This document shows positions 26,801 to 40,600 of a stretch of DNA of 64,000 nucleotides, one piece after another (position 1 is the stretch's first letter; each line of letters opens with the position of its first letter). The DNA is from Bugula neritina. Lineage: Eukaryota > Animalia > Bryozoa. The notes beneath the pieces are model-generated. The model had not been told where the DNA came from. It saw nothing but the letters and a program-made list of their open reading frames with translations, and did no database searches. The DNA is taken from assembly GCA_964035545.1 (NCBI GenBank), contig OZ037767.1:26738628-26802627 (forward strand), given 5' to 3'. Both the position numbers and the translations under genes were made by a program.

Positions 26801-29800
26801 CAAAAGGGGTTATGATTCAGAAAACAAATGTCCAAGTTTGTCTTTTGATTCTTGACGTTTTTACAAAACAGCAAATAATACTGTTTCCATATGCATGGTT
26901 GTACAAGAAAGGAAGTACCCTAACAGGAGCTTAGTTAGCCTAAAAGAGTTAAGAAATTATGAGATTATTCAGTGACCAGTTATTAGGTTAATTACCAGAA
27001 AGATGATGAAATGTCAAGCAAGCATTCTATAAATTGAGATAAACATACCATCTCGACTTTCAGGGCAATCTCTCCATTAGTGTACCAGGGTATGGGCAGA
27101 CATATTGGGTTATCGGCTATCTGTCCGTAGTTGACATTTTGGGCAGACATTGTGTAGAAATACTCTCTCCATATTAGCTGTGCTACGATACCAATGCTAA
27201 TGTCATCAGTCATCACTCCCACTTTCTGTAAACACAATAAACGCATTGCTATATATCATTTTTAGTATTTTCCAAATTTTTAGCAGAGTTCCATTTTCAG
27301 CCATCATAATAATTATTTACAACATACTGATTCACACATTGTAAAATTATAACACTAAGATAGAGGACTGCTTTTTGGTTGATTATCTTCACTCTAGAAG
27401 CTAACCACTGCATATCTATCATTAAACCAGGCAGGATGCTGTCATCAAAAGAGTAGAAAAAATCGAATACCTTGACATACGTCTCCTGTATGGCCCAATA
27501 CAACCTTCGCACAGAAACACAACCAAACTTGAGGTGAGAGCTCATACTCTTGGGTATTCCACACAGATCTGGGATGTACTGGTTGGGCAGCATGTAACCA
27601 GAACTGAATGCCTGTAAAATATCGAGTGGATAGAGAATGAGACAAAGTAGGGCTGACTACCACCACAAAGAGTACAAACTTCTCCCTCACACTATAGAGT
27701 GCAGGAGTGAGCATTGAGCCTCACACTATAGTGTAGTGCAGGAGTGAAGAAACATACCAAGCTTTCCTCCGCAATCCTGAGCTCCATGAGCCGTAGGGCT
27801 TCCTCTTCACCACCCAACCACTTGTTGTATCTCAGGTCAGGTTCAGAGGCTTCTTTGCCAAATCCTTCAACAGCCATTAACACAGCTAATACTGCTGATA
27901 CATTAAACTACCAAGCACTACTAGTACTTCTAGTACAATTACCTTTACCACTGCTACAAGTATTGTAATACCACTGATACAAGTATTGTACTATCACTGC
28001 TACCAGTATTGTACTATCACTGCTACCAGAATTGTACTATCACTGCTACAAGTATTGTACTATCACTGTTACAAGTATTGTACTATCACTGTTACAAGTA
28101 TTGTACTATCACTGTTACAAGTATTGTACTATCACTGCTACAAGTATTGTACTATCACTGTTACAAGTACTGTACTATCACTGCTACCAGTATTGTACTA
28201 TCACTGCTACCAGTATTGTACTATCACTGCTACAAGTACTGTACTATCACTGCTACAAGTATTGTACTATCACTGCTACAAGTACTGTACTATCACTGTT
28301 ACAAGTACTGTACTATAACTGCTACCAGTATTGTACTATCACTGTTACAAGTATTGTACTATCACTGCTACAAGTATTGTACTATCACTATTACAAGTAT
28401 TGTGGTTGTTGATTAAACACTTGGTCCTTACCTAAAGCCTCAAAGGAAGGAGGTGAATATTTCTCTTCATAATCGTCAGAGATGTTGAGAATGCCGGAGA
28501 AATCTGGTACATCTAATGGCTTGTTTGGCCTCCCCATAGTCTTGGTAACATGGTTAAATATTGCGTATGTCAGAGGGGGTAGTGACCCATTCTTTTTTAT
28601 AATCCTGAAGTGAGAAATTATAACCAACAAGTTTTCCCATTTTTGAATAATTTCAACAATACTTTACCATGGGACCTTGTTTGTAAAACTTAATTTCACC
28701 ATAGAGCTAGTTAGTACTAAAGTAATTATGAGTAATCAACTGACCAAATTCTAAAATCAATATTTTAAAATCTTATAAAATTTATTTTGAAATTCCAACT
28801 CGCCATAAAAAGGTAGAAAAACTAATATTCTAACAATATAATACAATTATTAAACTAAAAATACCAATTATTATTTTACAAGTAATGACAAAAGCTAAAT
28901 AATCTCAACATTACAAGAACACATTAAATAATGAGATTAGGAAAGCTGTATGAAGTACATTAAACACTGAATACATACTCATGTGGGTCCCACAAAGTAT
29001 GTCCCGTCCTACTTATCTGCTCGACGTCCAGCTGCTTGCACAACTCCTTGACAGCGTCATCTCGCTCTCTCCATATCGCCTCAGGTTCCTCTTGGTAAGC
29101 AAGTCTGGTTACTCCCCACTCCTGTAAAATATTAATTCCTAGCTGATTTATGTCACAGTCATCACTCAATGCAAGCAAAGACTCCAGAAAGGTTATACAT
29201 TATCTTTAGAAAAACTATAGAATAACATATTTGATTTTCGCTCCCTGTTGCATAAAGAACATTAAGATACTTTAAAGTTTAAGAGATAAAAACCCTCCAT
29301 CTCGTACCTTTATTAATGCTTTTAAAGTAGGCACTGTATCCCCCTCCACACAATACAACCGTCCACCACTGGCCTGGAATGTTCTGTCCAAACAACTCAG
29401 ACTCTCCATCAAAAACCTCATCCTAAGAAACGTTGCGTCTTCAGAGCCTGAAACAATTAGACTGTGATATGTATGCATTGTCAGAGTATTCTTTATCATC
29501 ACTATAAGTTCTAAAACAGCTTAAAACAGCATTACAAGGCATTGCATAGCAATTTATTTGCTTTCATATGCCTCAAAATTATCACAGTTCTAGTTTCTTT
29601 ATGAACGTAACTCTCTACTTAAGTTCCAACACTCCTGGCAAACCTAACGCTTCAAGTTGTGACATCACCAAGTTTAACAGTTTTTATATAATCTTTTTGG
29701 GACATTATTATGAGCTCTTAACTAAACCTTCAAGGCAATCTATAAGTACAAGTTTAATGACATAGTTACCAGTTATGGCTGAAAACTATTTTTTTCAAAT

Positions 29801-30904
29801 CAATTTTGTCACAAGTTCAGAAGGAAAGAAAACGCATAGAACAAACACACTTAGTGAAGCTATAGTAGTTGAACTGTGATGGAACCAAATCTTTGCTACC
29901 AGATGTAATGGCAAATTCGAATAAATGCAAATTAGTTTACCAACTTTCCTCACCAAATTTGTCATCAACTTAAAATGTAAATGCACAGATTAATTCCAAG
30001 TTAGAAACAAACTCCTCTTCCTAGTAAAAAAAGAGTTTCCGGCCAGATTGCCAAAAGACAAAAACCCAACTTTACAAAAAATTGTTCTATAGAAGGGATG
30101 TAAAAATAACATCTTAGAGTTTTTCATTACTTTTGGACTCTGGTCAATAACCTGAAGTTGAAACGGAACCTTCTCAGAAGTCAAAGTCAACTATAAATAC
30201 AAATGACAGGAACTCAGGGCTTCCATTCTTCAGTTACAATATAATTGGCACCTCCACAATAAAACCGCCCAACTTATAAAAAATTCAACTTCCTAAATAT
30301 TTAAAACATGTAGCTACACACAAAATGGTGATTAATGACGGAGCAGTAGCAGTATTATGTAAGCTGACATTGTGATGTTTGAAGTCATTGGAAAATTTGG
30401 CTACTGAAATTATACTATAGAAAATACTCTACAGGTCAATATAACTAAAACTCTGCAGGTCAACAAGAGTAATAATCTACAGATAAACACAAGTATCAAT
30501 CTACAGATAAACACAAGTATCAATCTACAGATAAACACAAGTAATAATCTACAGGTTGCTATCAACTGCTTCAACTATCAAATGATATTTTATACAATAC
30601 CAAGTTTAAAGACTGAGCCAGTAAAACAATCCAAAACTGATGAAACATGAATTAGGAGCACTTCTCCAAAATCACCGTTTCTTGAATGAGCAACTTTGGA
30701 AGTTGAAGTTCAAGCAGATGAGCGTAACAATTGGAACAAGTAATAATGAAACTCATACTCACTGGCGACTTTGCCGTCAAATATGAAAACAGGGTAAAGC
30801 CGATCAGCTCCGGCAGCGGCTGCCATCAAGGCAGCATTATCATGAACTCTGAGGTCCTGTCTAAACCAGTGCAGAGATATCACCTTGTCTTTGTTGTCAA
30901 TCAT
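23818..30904 (-). CDS. cry: Type-1 (Drosophila-type / L-CRY) light-sensitive cryptochrome, 546 aa
   Basis: Exons 30904-30763, 29447-29308, 29121-28979, 28604-28432, 27864-27758, 27611-27471, 27225-27049, 26653-26513, 26077-25920, 25033-24964, 24266-24143, 23942-23818, total 1641 nt. Motifs: [72 protein letters not shown] (Cys at the dCRY C416 position). Tail [15 protein letters not shown] resembles dCRY HCRPSNEEEVRQFFW. Confidence 0.96.
23970..24102. repeat. Degenerate ~16-bp tandem repeat in the last cry intron
   Basis: tacacttacactgtg-like units. Confidence 0.7.
25183..25778. repeat. 27-bp minisatellite, ~22 copies, in a cry intron
   Basis: Unit ttagtagaggtagtgaagtatagtata. It produces the repetitive ORFs 25148-25882, 25155-25817 and 25192-25791. 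Confidence 0.97.
27949..28402. repeat. 23-bp minisatellite, ~19-20 copies, in a cry intron
   Basis: Unit gtattgtactatcactgctacaa. Confidence 0.97.
30465..30555. repeat. 23-bp tandem repeat, ~3-4 copies
   Basis: Unit aatctacagataaacacaagtat. Confidence 0.85.
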
Positions 30905-31061
30905 GTCTACCCTCAGCTGGCAATCAGACAGGTAAAAATCAGACTCATCAGCAGAACAACAGCAACCGACTGACAGCAATGAATTGACAGTAATGGACAA
31001 TTGGAAATACTGAAGCTAATTATACAGCATTAGAATCAACACCCTCATTATGCTATGCCAA

Positions 31062-31067
31062 CACGTG
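31062..31067. promoter_or_regulatory. Canonical E-box CACGTG ~160 bp upstream of the cry ATG
   Basis: The motif is present. A CLOCK/BMAL role is inferred only from the gene context. Confidence 0.35.
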
Positions 31068-34000
31068 CATTACTAGTTTAACTACAGTTTAACTACGTAG
31101 CTCCTCTCATGCGCAACGTAACTATATTTCACCATAGCTATCTAATAATCAATAGCCGCAGGAAGGTGTGACACGTAAAGTGTTAATTCTATATTATTTA
31201 TACTTAAATTTTTTTGTACCTTATTGGGCAACATCAGACGCAAGCCAGACGGCTGTCTTTAAAAGAGTTTTACAAACAGATCTTTTCCTAAACTATATCA
31301 AAAATAAAATATTCAGCAAACAATGTATACTACCTACTGACAAGAAAAGCCTTAGCTTTATAAGAAGGTTAGGAGAAACTAGAGTTTCCAAACCAGAAGT
31401 TGCCAACTAAAAAATTCAAATGCTCTTCTCAATAAAAGTATTTCAATTCCAGTGCGCATGTACCCGATGAGTTGGTTGGCTTATTGGTAATACCATGTAA
31501 TGAAGTGACATTTCTATGAGTTTTTATACCAACAACTACGGAATTATTTTGACTGTAACTGCAGTGTCTTTTTAAAATTAGAAACAAGTATTGCCCGCTG
31601 AAATAATCAAAGCGGTCATGGCATTAGAATCTCAAACCCAACATCTATCTAAAGCATACCTACAGGGCATGGCATTTACACCTCAAACACTCTCCACTGC
31701 TTTAAAGAGTAAATAGAATAAAAATTATATGGCTGCTTTGCTGTTGAATTGCAATGCAAGTATATGAGAAGCAAAGTTTATTTAAGTTTGCTTTGGGTTG
31801 AAAATAAAATATAAAAAATTAATAGTTTAGCAGACCACAAGTTTGCATCTTACAAAGCTTTTTAGGAACTATTAACAATTTTAAAATAAAATTAAGCATT
31901 ATATTGAGAAAAAAATAAAACACAGACTTCCAAAACAACGTCTAATTGTTATAATATGAAATAATAATTAAATTGGTATTTTAAAACATAATTTTGTGAT
32001 TATTTTGAATTAATTATGCTACAGAATTATTAGCATGTATTAGTTGTAGGTTATCTGATTATTTTTCTCAGGCAGTTGTGACTAAATTAGGTCAAGTGAA
32101 TTGACCTAATTTAAAACATTTCTAAAAGCTTAGACATTAGTAAATGTTGCAACCGATAATAAAGGTTTCCAATATTCACCTAATCTTTCCACCAAATTGC
32201 ATTTCAGTTTCACCTAGAGTTGTCCTGGCTACTCTGTAGTCTCTCAACTGCATGGGTTGTCTAGCAAATGTACCAGACAGCAAACGACTTCTGAAATCTA
32301 CATAATTATTATTACTGCATAAAAATCACCATTTATTTAGGGCTATTAATTTTGAATTTGATTAAAATGACATATGTAATAAAAGATAATGATTAAAATG
32401 TACTCAAGGAGGCAGACAAGTATAAACAATATTAGACTGTAAATACCACAAAGAATATAAAAATAACAAAGTTTATGGAATTCAATGAGTAAACACATAG
32501 AAATGTTGTTTGTCAACAAAAGCTGCTATTAACTAAAAATATGAGTAATGCTGAATACAGTGAGCCAATAGTTGTTGAAAAAAATAGGTCTACCATATTT
32601 CATTATGAGGAAATCCTAAAAATAGTTCAACATATAGACTACTTGTTCTGTTGGAAAGAGGGGGAATTAGTGATCAGGTGCTTCAACTGCATTGCATCAT
32701 AAAAATTGTTGGGCAAATTTTCATGAATAACTTTTTACCACTCTATAGATGATAAATAACAGATTGGCTGGAAAGCACAATGAATTTATTATTTTGTAAT
32801 TAGACAGCAACTATAACTTTCTAAAATTGTAGCACTGAGTTGGCATTAAGGGCATGCAAAATGTAAGCAAACACTTGTATATGCTATATTTCCCTTTGTA
32901 GATATTGGCCTACTTGAGTGTGATAATTTGAATAAGTTCATATTTTTAGTGACCTACATTTTATTTAGACATTAACAATTTTACATGAAATTGCTCTAAC
33001 AAAGCTTACGAAAATAAAGACTTTTAGAGTTTAGACTTATATCAGTAGGTTTATAATAATGAATACACTATACAATAGACTAAATCCCTACGATGAAATA
33101 AAATTGAAAACATTTTGGGCAGATGGGTTAGGAAAAACCAGGTTTTTACCCAGAAAGTAATCGATACTAATAATTAGAATATTAGTAACAATATTACGCT
33201 TTTGAATATTATAGTAGTAATGTTATTAAAAATAACAGTAAGAAAACACAATTAGTTTTGTAATGTGCTAAACAAATGGAAAGTTTAAAGACCAAAAAAG
33301 CAAGTATAGCTTTGAAATCAGAAAACTATGTAGATAAACCTAAGAACCTGTGGACATAAATAATCAAAACACAACAGAGTTGACTGATGGATGCAAGTAC
33401 ATTTAAAGGTTGAAAACCTCTATCAATATTAGATAAAGATAAACCGGGGCTAAAAGCATATTGGTTCTGCTAATCAAAATCCAATAATGCCATGGCACAC
33501 TCATTTACTAGTTAGTCACACCGGTATTTTCCAAAACAGATCAAAAACTACAAAATCTTATTTCAATATATTCATGTTCTAGTGCATTTCACAACAGTGC
33601 GTTCCCAAAACAATAGTGATGTAAGAATACCACCAAAAAATCACTAACATCAAACAGCTGCATGATTAGCATTATGATTATAAACATAGCTATATTACTA
33701 GGCTACTTATAATATTATTAAAAACAGTAGCAGTAGCAACACATCAGTTTTAACTTTTAAGTTATTAATTGAGGCTTTACTATTACATACTATTACTATA
33801 ACATCTACTACTATAGTAAAACTAAATGTAAAACCATTTCTATTTGCTTAAATAATTTTAATTTCAATTTGGCAAATACTAAGTCTAAGCAAAAATCAAA
33901 CTAAGTAAGATTATTATTAATTAAATTGATATTAATATTATTAACTGATAAAAAAGTTAGAATCATTATTCATTTTAATAATAATTTTTATCATTATTAT

Positions 34001-34284
34001 AAATTATTATCATCATAAAAATATAAATTAAAATTATAAACTTAGTAACTTTATCTTTGACTTTAGGTTTAGGCCTTAAGCTTAGCGTTAGGGTCAATTC
34101 ATTACTGATTACTGAGTCTGATTAGTGATTACCATAAAAATTCTATCAAAATACTGTCACATAGAAAAAGTTTTAGCTGCACGCAAAAAACTGAATATAT
34201 CAATTTCTAAAGAAATATAACCGTATTACTAATTATTATTGTGATTATCTCGATGAGTAGGACAGTTACAATTTTGCAAAGCCT

Positions 34285-34294
34285 GTTATGTAAC
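34285..34294. promoter_or_regulatory. Consensus D-box (GTTATGTAAC) between the divergent cry and SF3A3 genes
   Basis: Matches the PAR-bZIP consensus RTTAYGTAAY. Confidence 0.4.
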
Positions 34295-34617
34295 TAAAAG
34301 CCATAAGGTATAAGTATAACTATTAGGAATCTGTGCAAGTCCCGATGCCCTTGACATGGTGAGAATAGCAAAACCGGAAATATTAGAAATCTTTTAAATA
34401 TTTTGCCGCCTGTGATACCGAAACCCTACCCAACAGCCTTGCGATTTTATAATTATTGATTGACCAAGAAAAGAAACTTTTAGGGCTATACTTAAGGGTC
34501 TTTGTGTAAATGTAGCGATTACGTTTTATTATTCTGTCATTCTCAGTTCCATTGAATCTTTTGGTTCTAAAAATTGTTATTCAGTTTTTATATTCAAGAT
34601 TTTGAGCTCTAAATAAA

Positions 34618-37600
34618 ATGGAAACAATTCTAGAACAGCAACGAAGAATACACGAGGAGCGAGAAAGAATAATTGATTCAATGGTTAAAGAAACTCTGCA
34701 CACTGCCAAATCGGTATGTGAAACTCTAAAAGTAAAAGTGAAAGTCACTTTGCAATGTCCACCACCACTCGCTCAGAGTCAGGGCCCGTCCGAGTCTTGC
34801 TCTCAGCCTCACCACTCACCGCTGTGTCTAATAAATTATACATATTTTTAGGAGTGCTAATTTTATTAGGCAGCTATAAGTATGATCATAATCAATATCA
34901 TAATGCCTGTTAATAATTATAATGGCAATTGAAAATACATGATTAATATTAATTTATTATGAAGATAGCGAGTAAAATTTTAATTCATTATGATTATGAT
35001 ATTTCATATGAGTATTTTATTAAGATTAGGATTATTCAATGTATAATATATTATTGCAATACAATTTAATACTATATAAGTAGGAAATACTAATGGGATC
35101 AATCACAATTAAGATTATTATAATCTATATCATAATAATTTTTAATATTACTAATACTATTAGTATTAGAGACAGACCCATTATGATTTTAATTACACCA
35201 TGGCCATCAAATTCAATAACTTCAAGACAAAATAATTATTAAAAGTATTTATGACTTTAAGCACATATTAAGTTTAATATTTATTATTATAATGATGCTA
35301 AAATAAAATTTAAATACAAATATAAAATAATTATACGTGTTTGTAGTCAGGTGTTTGTGTTAATTATTGTTGTAATGGTCTTGATTCGGTCATGCTATTT
35401 TAATGCTTGATTTATTATTATTCAAATAATCATAATGTTAATGTGGGATTTAGTCCTAGTGAATGCTAATATATTGTGGCTTTAGAGCAAAAGCTGGAAT
35501 ATATAGTTTAACACCAAACAATTCCAGTGACTTTGAAATTGAAAAAGTTTTAATATACAGATATATGTGTTCATCTTATTAGATTATAATAGAAGCCACT
35601 TTTACAGTGAAAGCGTTAGTTGCAACTGCTTCATTTCAGTGTTTGTCAGATTAATATTTATTTCTAATTTATGATGGTCAATTGAGGAGGTATTTTTGTA
35701 GAGTATGCACACAAGCCTATTATAATATCAGTTGTTGTGAATGAAAAGTTATAACCAATGTTTTATTAGCTGTTGGATTACTCAGAAAAAAAAATGAAAA
35801 ATGGTTCTTACTTATTACAATTTGAGCTTTTAAGTCTGAAATTCTCTTAAAACTAAACTATGATTTTAAACTTATGTACCTTTGATGAATCATTATATTT
35901 AGGTTATTGTCATGTTATCGTCCTTGAGAGAAACTTAAAATAAAGATAATTTTGTAGCAGAGAGAGCAGATTAACAAGGATACAAGACTGAAGCTGTTAC
36001 TAGATGTATGTATATAAGTTTTCTATTTTGTCAAGAAATTTCTTTATAATAAACTTAGTCCTAGATTTTTATTACTTAACATACTGTATCACTTAAAATT
36101 TGATTTGCGTTACAGCTTATTAGTTTATATACAAAGATTTTTTCTTGTATCACGAAAGCTTAAGACATACTAATAAAAACTTTGTATAAATATATTCTGC
36201 AATGAAAGAAGAGGAAAATGCTCATTTAACGCTACAGAGTGCGATCATAACACACAAAGACTCTCTTATGTTATAAAGTTTTTCTTCTGTTGCATCTATC
36301 TTTTAACTAAACAAGGGCCAGGTAGAAAAACACCTCCTGATAAATGTTTCAACTTTTACTCAGGCAGATATTGAATCAAATGGCTTGTTTGTGATGATAG
36401 AAGTGTAGTATTTGTTGTTATTCATAGTTTGTAATTTACTGTGCTAGAGGTCAACTCAGGGGGCTGCAGAGCTTCTTGAGTTGTATGAAGACCGAGATGG
36501 ACAGCGTCTAGATGAAATGCAGGCTTTGCACGGACCCAATGCTTTCAATGAGTTCTATTACAGACTTAAAGGAGTTCGAGAGTTCCACAAGAAACACCCA
36601 AATGAGGTTAGTTTGTTTGCGTGTGCAATATCATGTAATCTGCATTTATGTTTGGGTATAAGCTTGTCATATTGAGGCTATTCTTTGTACTAATTTGAGA
36701 TATTCTACTGTCAGAGGTGTGTTGCCTGTTTCCCAGTGCTATTTTTTAGTCATTATATTGCAGGTGGTTCATTGGACTTTTAAAATTCGTAAAACTGTTA
36801 CATGTTTCAGACATTTCTCTAGCATATTTTCATAATGCTATGTGTACACATACATGCATAGCCTACATACATACACACACAGTACGTAGACACACTCAAA
36901 CATGCGAATACATATATTAACTAAACAATACTGATTTGGAGTGTTTCGCTCACAACTACACACATTTTTATATGCAACCATACAATGTGTATCAACTACA
37001 AAATCTTTCTAGCCTAGCAGCTCATTGTAAAATTAAATGAACTGAAAATACATTGTGGGTTTGTAAGTTAAATTTCAGCTTTAGGTTCTGTTCATATGTT
37101 ATTTTGTATAATTAAAGATATACGCTGATTTAGATAACTGTCCCAATGTCTATTGAATTTGAAGAGCTGGACAAGGCGAGGGAAGCAGCTGATGACAGGG
37201 CAGGTGAGAAAGAGTTTAGTATTTCAGATAATATCATAGTGTGTGTTGAAGGATACTAAGAAGCTACTTGGCATTGCAAGTTATAATATCTATAGCAGCA
37301 AGAATATCTTACATCTTTAATACATTATATTTTAAGGAGTGTGTACATCATTTAACAGCTGTGTTTTGTGTAACAATTTGCATCATGACTTTTTTATCAA
37401 CAGCCTAGTAGACTATAGCCACACAGTGTATTTTGAAAGAGCTATTTCATTGATTTGTGGTTTCACTCTAATTAACAGCTTCCACAACTGCGCTGTGTTG
37501 TCTGTGAGTTGGCTATAGTATATAATCATGTTATGTAACTGTGTTGTGTAACTGTGTTATGTAAGTGTGTTATGTAAGTGTGTTATGTAAGTGTGTTATG

Positions 37601-40600
37601 TAAGGGTAAGTATAACTGTGGTACGGGCCTGTAGTGTATAATGTGTATTGGTTACACTGACTCATCTCTCATACTGATATGTTTAGTTCTGGTGGATTTT
37701 ACCGATGAAGAAGGATATGGAAAGTATCTTGATCTCCACAAATGCTATGAAAGTTTCATTAATCTCAAAGGCATTCCTAAAATGGACTATATTACCTATT
37801 TGACTACCTTTGATAAGATGTTTGATATTCCTAAAGAGCGAAAGAATGTCAAATACAAAGAGTAAGTAAATTTATATTCTCACAGGCTACAATACATGAC
37901 TTACTTCTTGCACCCTCGCTACTTTCATGTGTATTATTCCTCATTAATATACTCACATATTCATACTTATTTTATTCTTATTTATACACTTTTGTAGCAT
38001 ATAATAATGTATTTATAGTATACATTCTATTTATGTAATGTATGACAGTATATGTATCTTTTGTTTATTTCCCACTGTATTTAACAGATATCTTCACAAT
38101 CTTGTGGAGTATATGGAAAGCTACATATCTAGAGTCAAACCCCTTCTGGATTTACACGAGGAAATGTCTAAGGTACTAATTATAACTGGTATAATACAAC
38201 TCATACATAGCGAGAACTCATACATAGCTGTATATTCTATCTCATAGTTATATGCACAGTGACTGCCAACATTGCTGTACATGTAGGTACTACTCTACTA
38301 CCACTGCTACTGCTACTCTACTACCACTGCTACTGCTAAAGCTACTGCTAACGCTACTGCTAATGATACTGCTAACGCTACTGCTAATGATACTACTGCT
38401 AGTAACACTGTGTGAATGTATAGTAAATAGTAACACTTATAAATGTACAGTAACTGATGGTAAACACTTGTCTCATGGACAGGTACTGGAAGATTTTAGC
38501 AAACAGTGGGAGAGTGGCAACTTCCCAGGATGGCCTAAAGAGACATCTGGGGCTCTGGCACACACGGGTGCGTACTTGGATTTGTCTGCCTTCAGTTCTG
38601 CCGAGGAGTTGGCATCTCTTGGTTTAGATAGACTCAAGTCTGCTCTGATGGCACTCAACTTAAAGTGTGGAGGGTGAGCTTTCCTTCCCTTATCAGTTAC
38701 CAAATTTGGTTTAGCTAATTAAAAGAGTTGTTTTTTAAACTGTATTGTTCTTTTGCCATAATCAATATGTTTGATGCAATTCTTGTACATTTACATTGTC
38801 TTTCCATGCCTTAAATTTTCAAAATTAAAAAATCTAACAAACTCAAGACTAGTTGTGACATTAGCTAGCTGTTAATACTTTCTGTCTCACACTCAGTAAT
38901 ACTGACTAACTTATCATTAGCACTTTCAATTAGTTTTTGTTATTTTTATGGTTCAAATATGTATAAGTTTTCTCTGAGGTATCCATGGTTACCTAGTCTG
39001 TGTTCCATGTTTTAGAACTCTTGACGAGAGAGCTATGAGGCTATACAATACTAAAGGTAAACAGATTGAAGAGCTTGATCCCAGCATGTTCACTAAACAG
39101 AAAGCTGACAAATCAACAAAGGGAAAGTAAGTGATTGAACCACCTACTAGATACTCAGTTCCTACGTTGTTTAGATTAGCCTAACATCACTGTGATTGAC
39201 TAATGTCTTGTTCAGCATATTTTACGATTAGACTAGTAACTATCACTCGTCAGCTATAGTTGGCTAATGTCATATTTTTATTCAGCATTTTTATTGGTGC
39301 AACTGTTTGCGTATATGTTTGCAATTTGCATAGCCATATGTTATGAAGAGAAGATAATCATTTAACTGTTGTACTATTAGGGAGGCAGAGAAGCAGAAGG
39401 ACATCGCAGAGTTAGAGTCGTGGGCGTACAAACTGATAGAAATGCTGAGTGAGCAGAGAGCATCTACTAGAGACAACATACAGCGCAAACAAGCTAGAAC
39501 AGGTGGGCACTCTCTTTCTATGATATAATAATTGTAAGAAATAATGTGGACATGGTAATATATGTGGGATATATACCTTCTCTACATGCTAGTGGGTATT
39601 CTGTTTACATTATAGTGGGTTTTAGCAATTATGTGTCGGCGTACTTATATATTATGCCCATTATATTAGAATTTATACTGGTTTTATGTTGTACAGCTCT
39701 TATTCAGTAAACTTACCCATATATATTAGATGTTTCGCTTTTAGTATATTTTCTCTGTAAGGTGTAAATAATAGTTATACGCCTTTTATGTACTGTTCAA
39801 TTCAATTAGTATCTATAACCTGCGGTGTAATATACTCTGTTCTAAAGAATCTATATTATACCTACTATACACTCTGTGCTATACATATTTTACACTGTAT
39901 TATACATACTGTACACTCTGTATTATATATACTGTACACTCTGTACTCTACATATTATACACTCTGTATTATACATACTATACACTGTATTATACATACT
40001 ATACTCTCTGTATTATACACACTATACACTGTATTATACATACTATACTCTCTGTATTATACATACTATACTCTCTGTATTATACATACTATACTCTCTG
40101 TGTATTAACAGGAGATGAAAGAGATGACTCAGACGATGAGAATGCGCTGTCTGATGACAGTGATGACGACGACGATGATGTCCCATATAACCCTAAAAAC
40201 CTGCCACTGGGTTGGGATGGCAAGCCTATACCCTACTGGCTTTATAAATTACACGGGCTAAATCTTTACTATTCATGTGAGATTTGTGGTAATCAAACCT
40301 ATAGAGGACCAAAAGCTTTTCAAAGGCACTTTGCTGTAAGTTTTTTTTTCTAATATATGCAGAGTTTTTATGTAATATAATATTTTTATGCGCTGTAATT
40401 CTAATGTATTTTTGGTATCACAACTTTTTGATAGCATAGAATGATCACTTTATATAGCAAGTCAGGAATTAAATACCTGTGAATGCCAATAAAATATGCA
40501 CTGGTAGTTTTCTTGTAACATTAACATTTATATGCATCAATTATGGACATGTGATGTTGGAAGCATGAAAAATTCAAATGACTTATGGCTTGATTTTGGC

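Noticed and set aside
27986-28416. Cys/Tyr-rich ORFs in three frames
   Set aside because: Translations of a 23-bp intronic minisatellite.
34060-34095. Telomere-like hexamers (tttagg, ttaggg)
   Set aside because: Too short and degenerate for an interstitial telomeric array.
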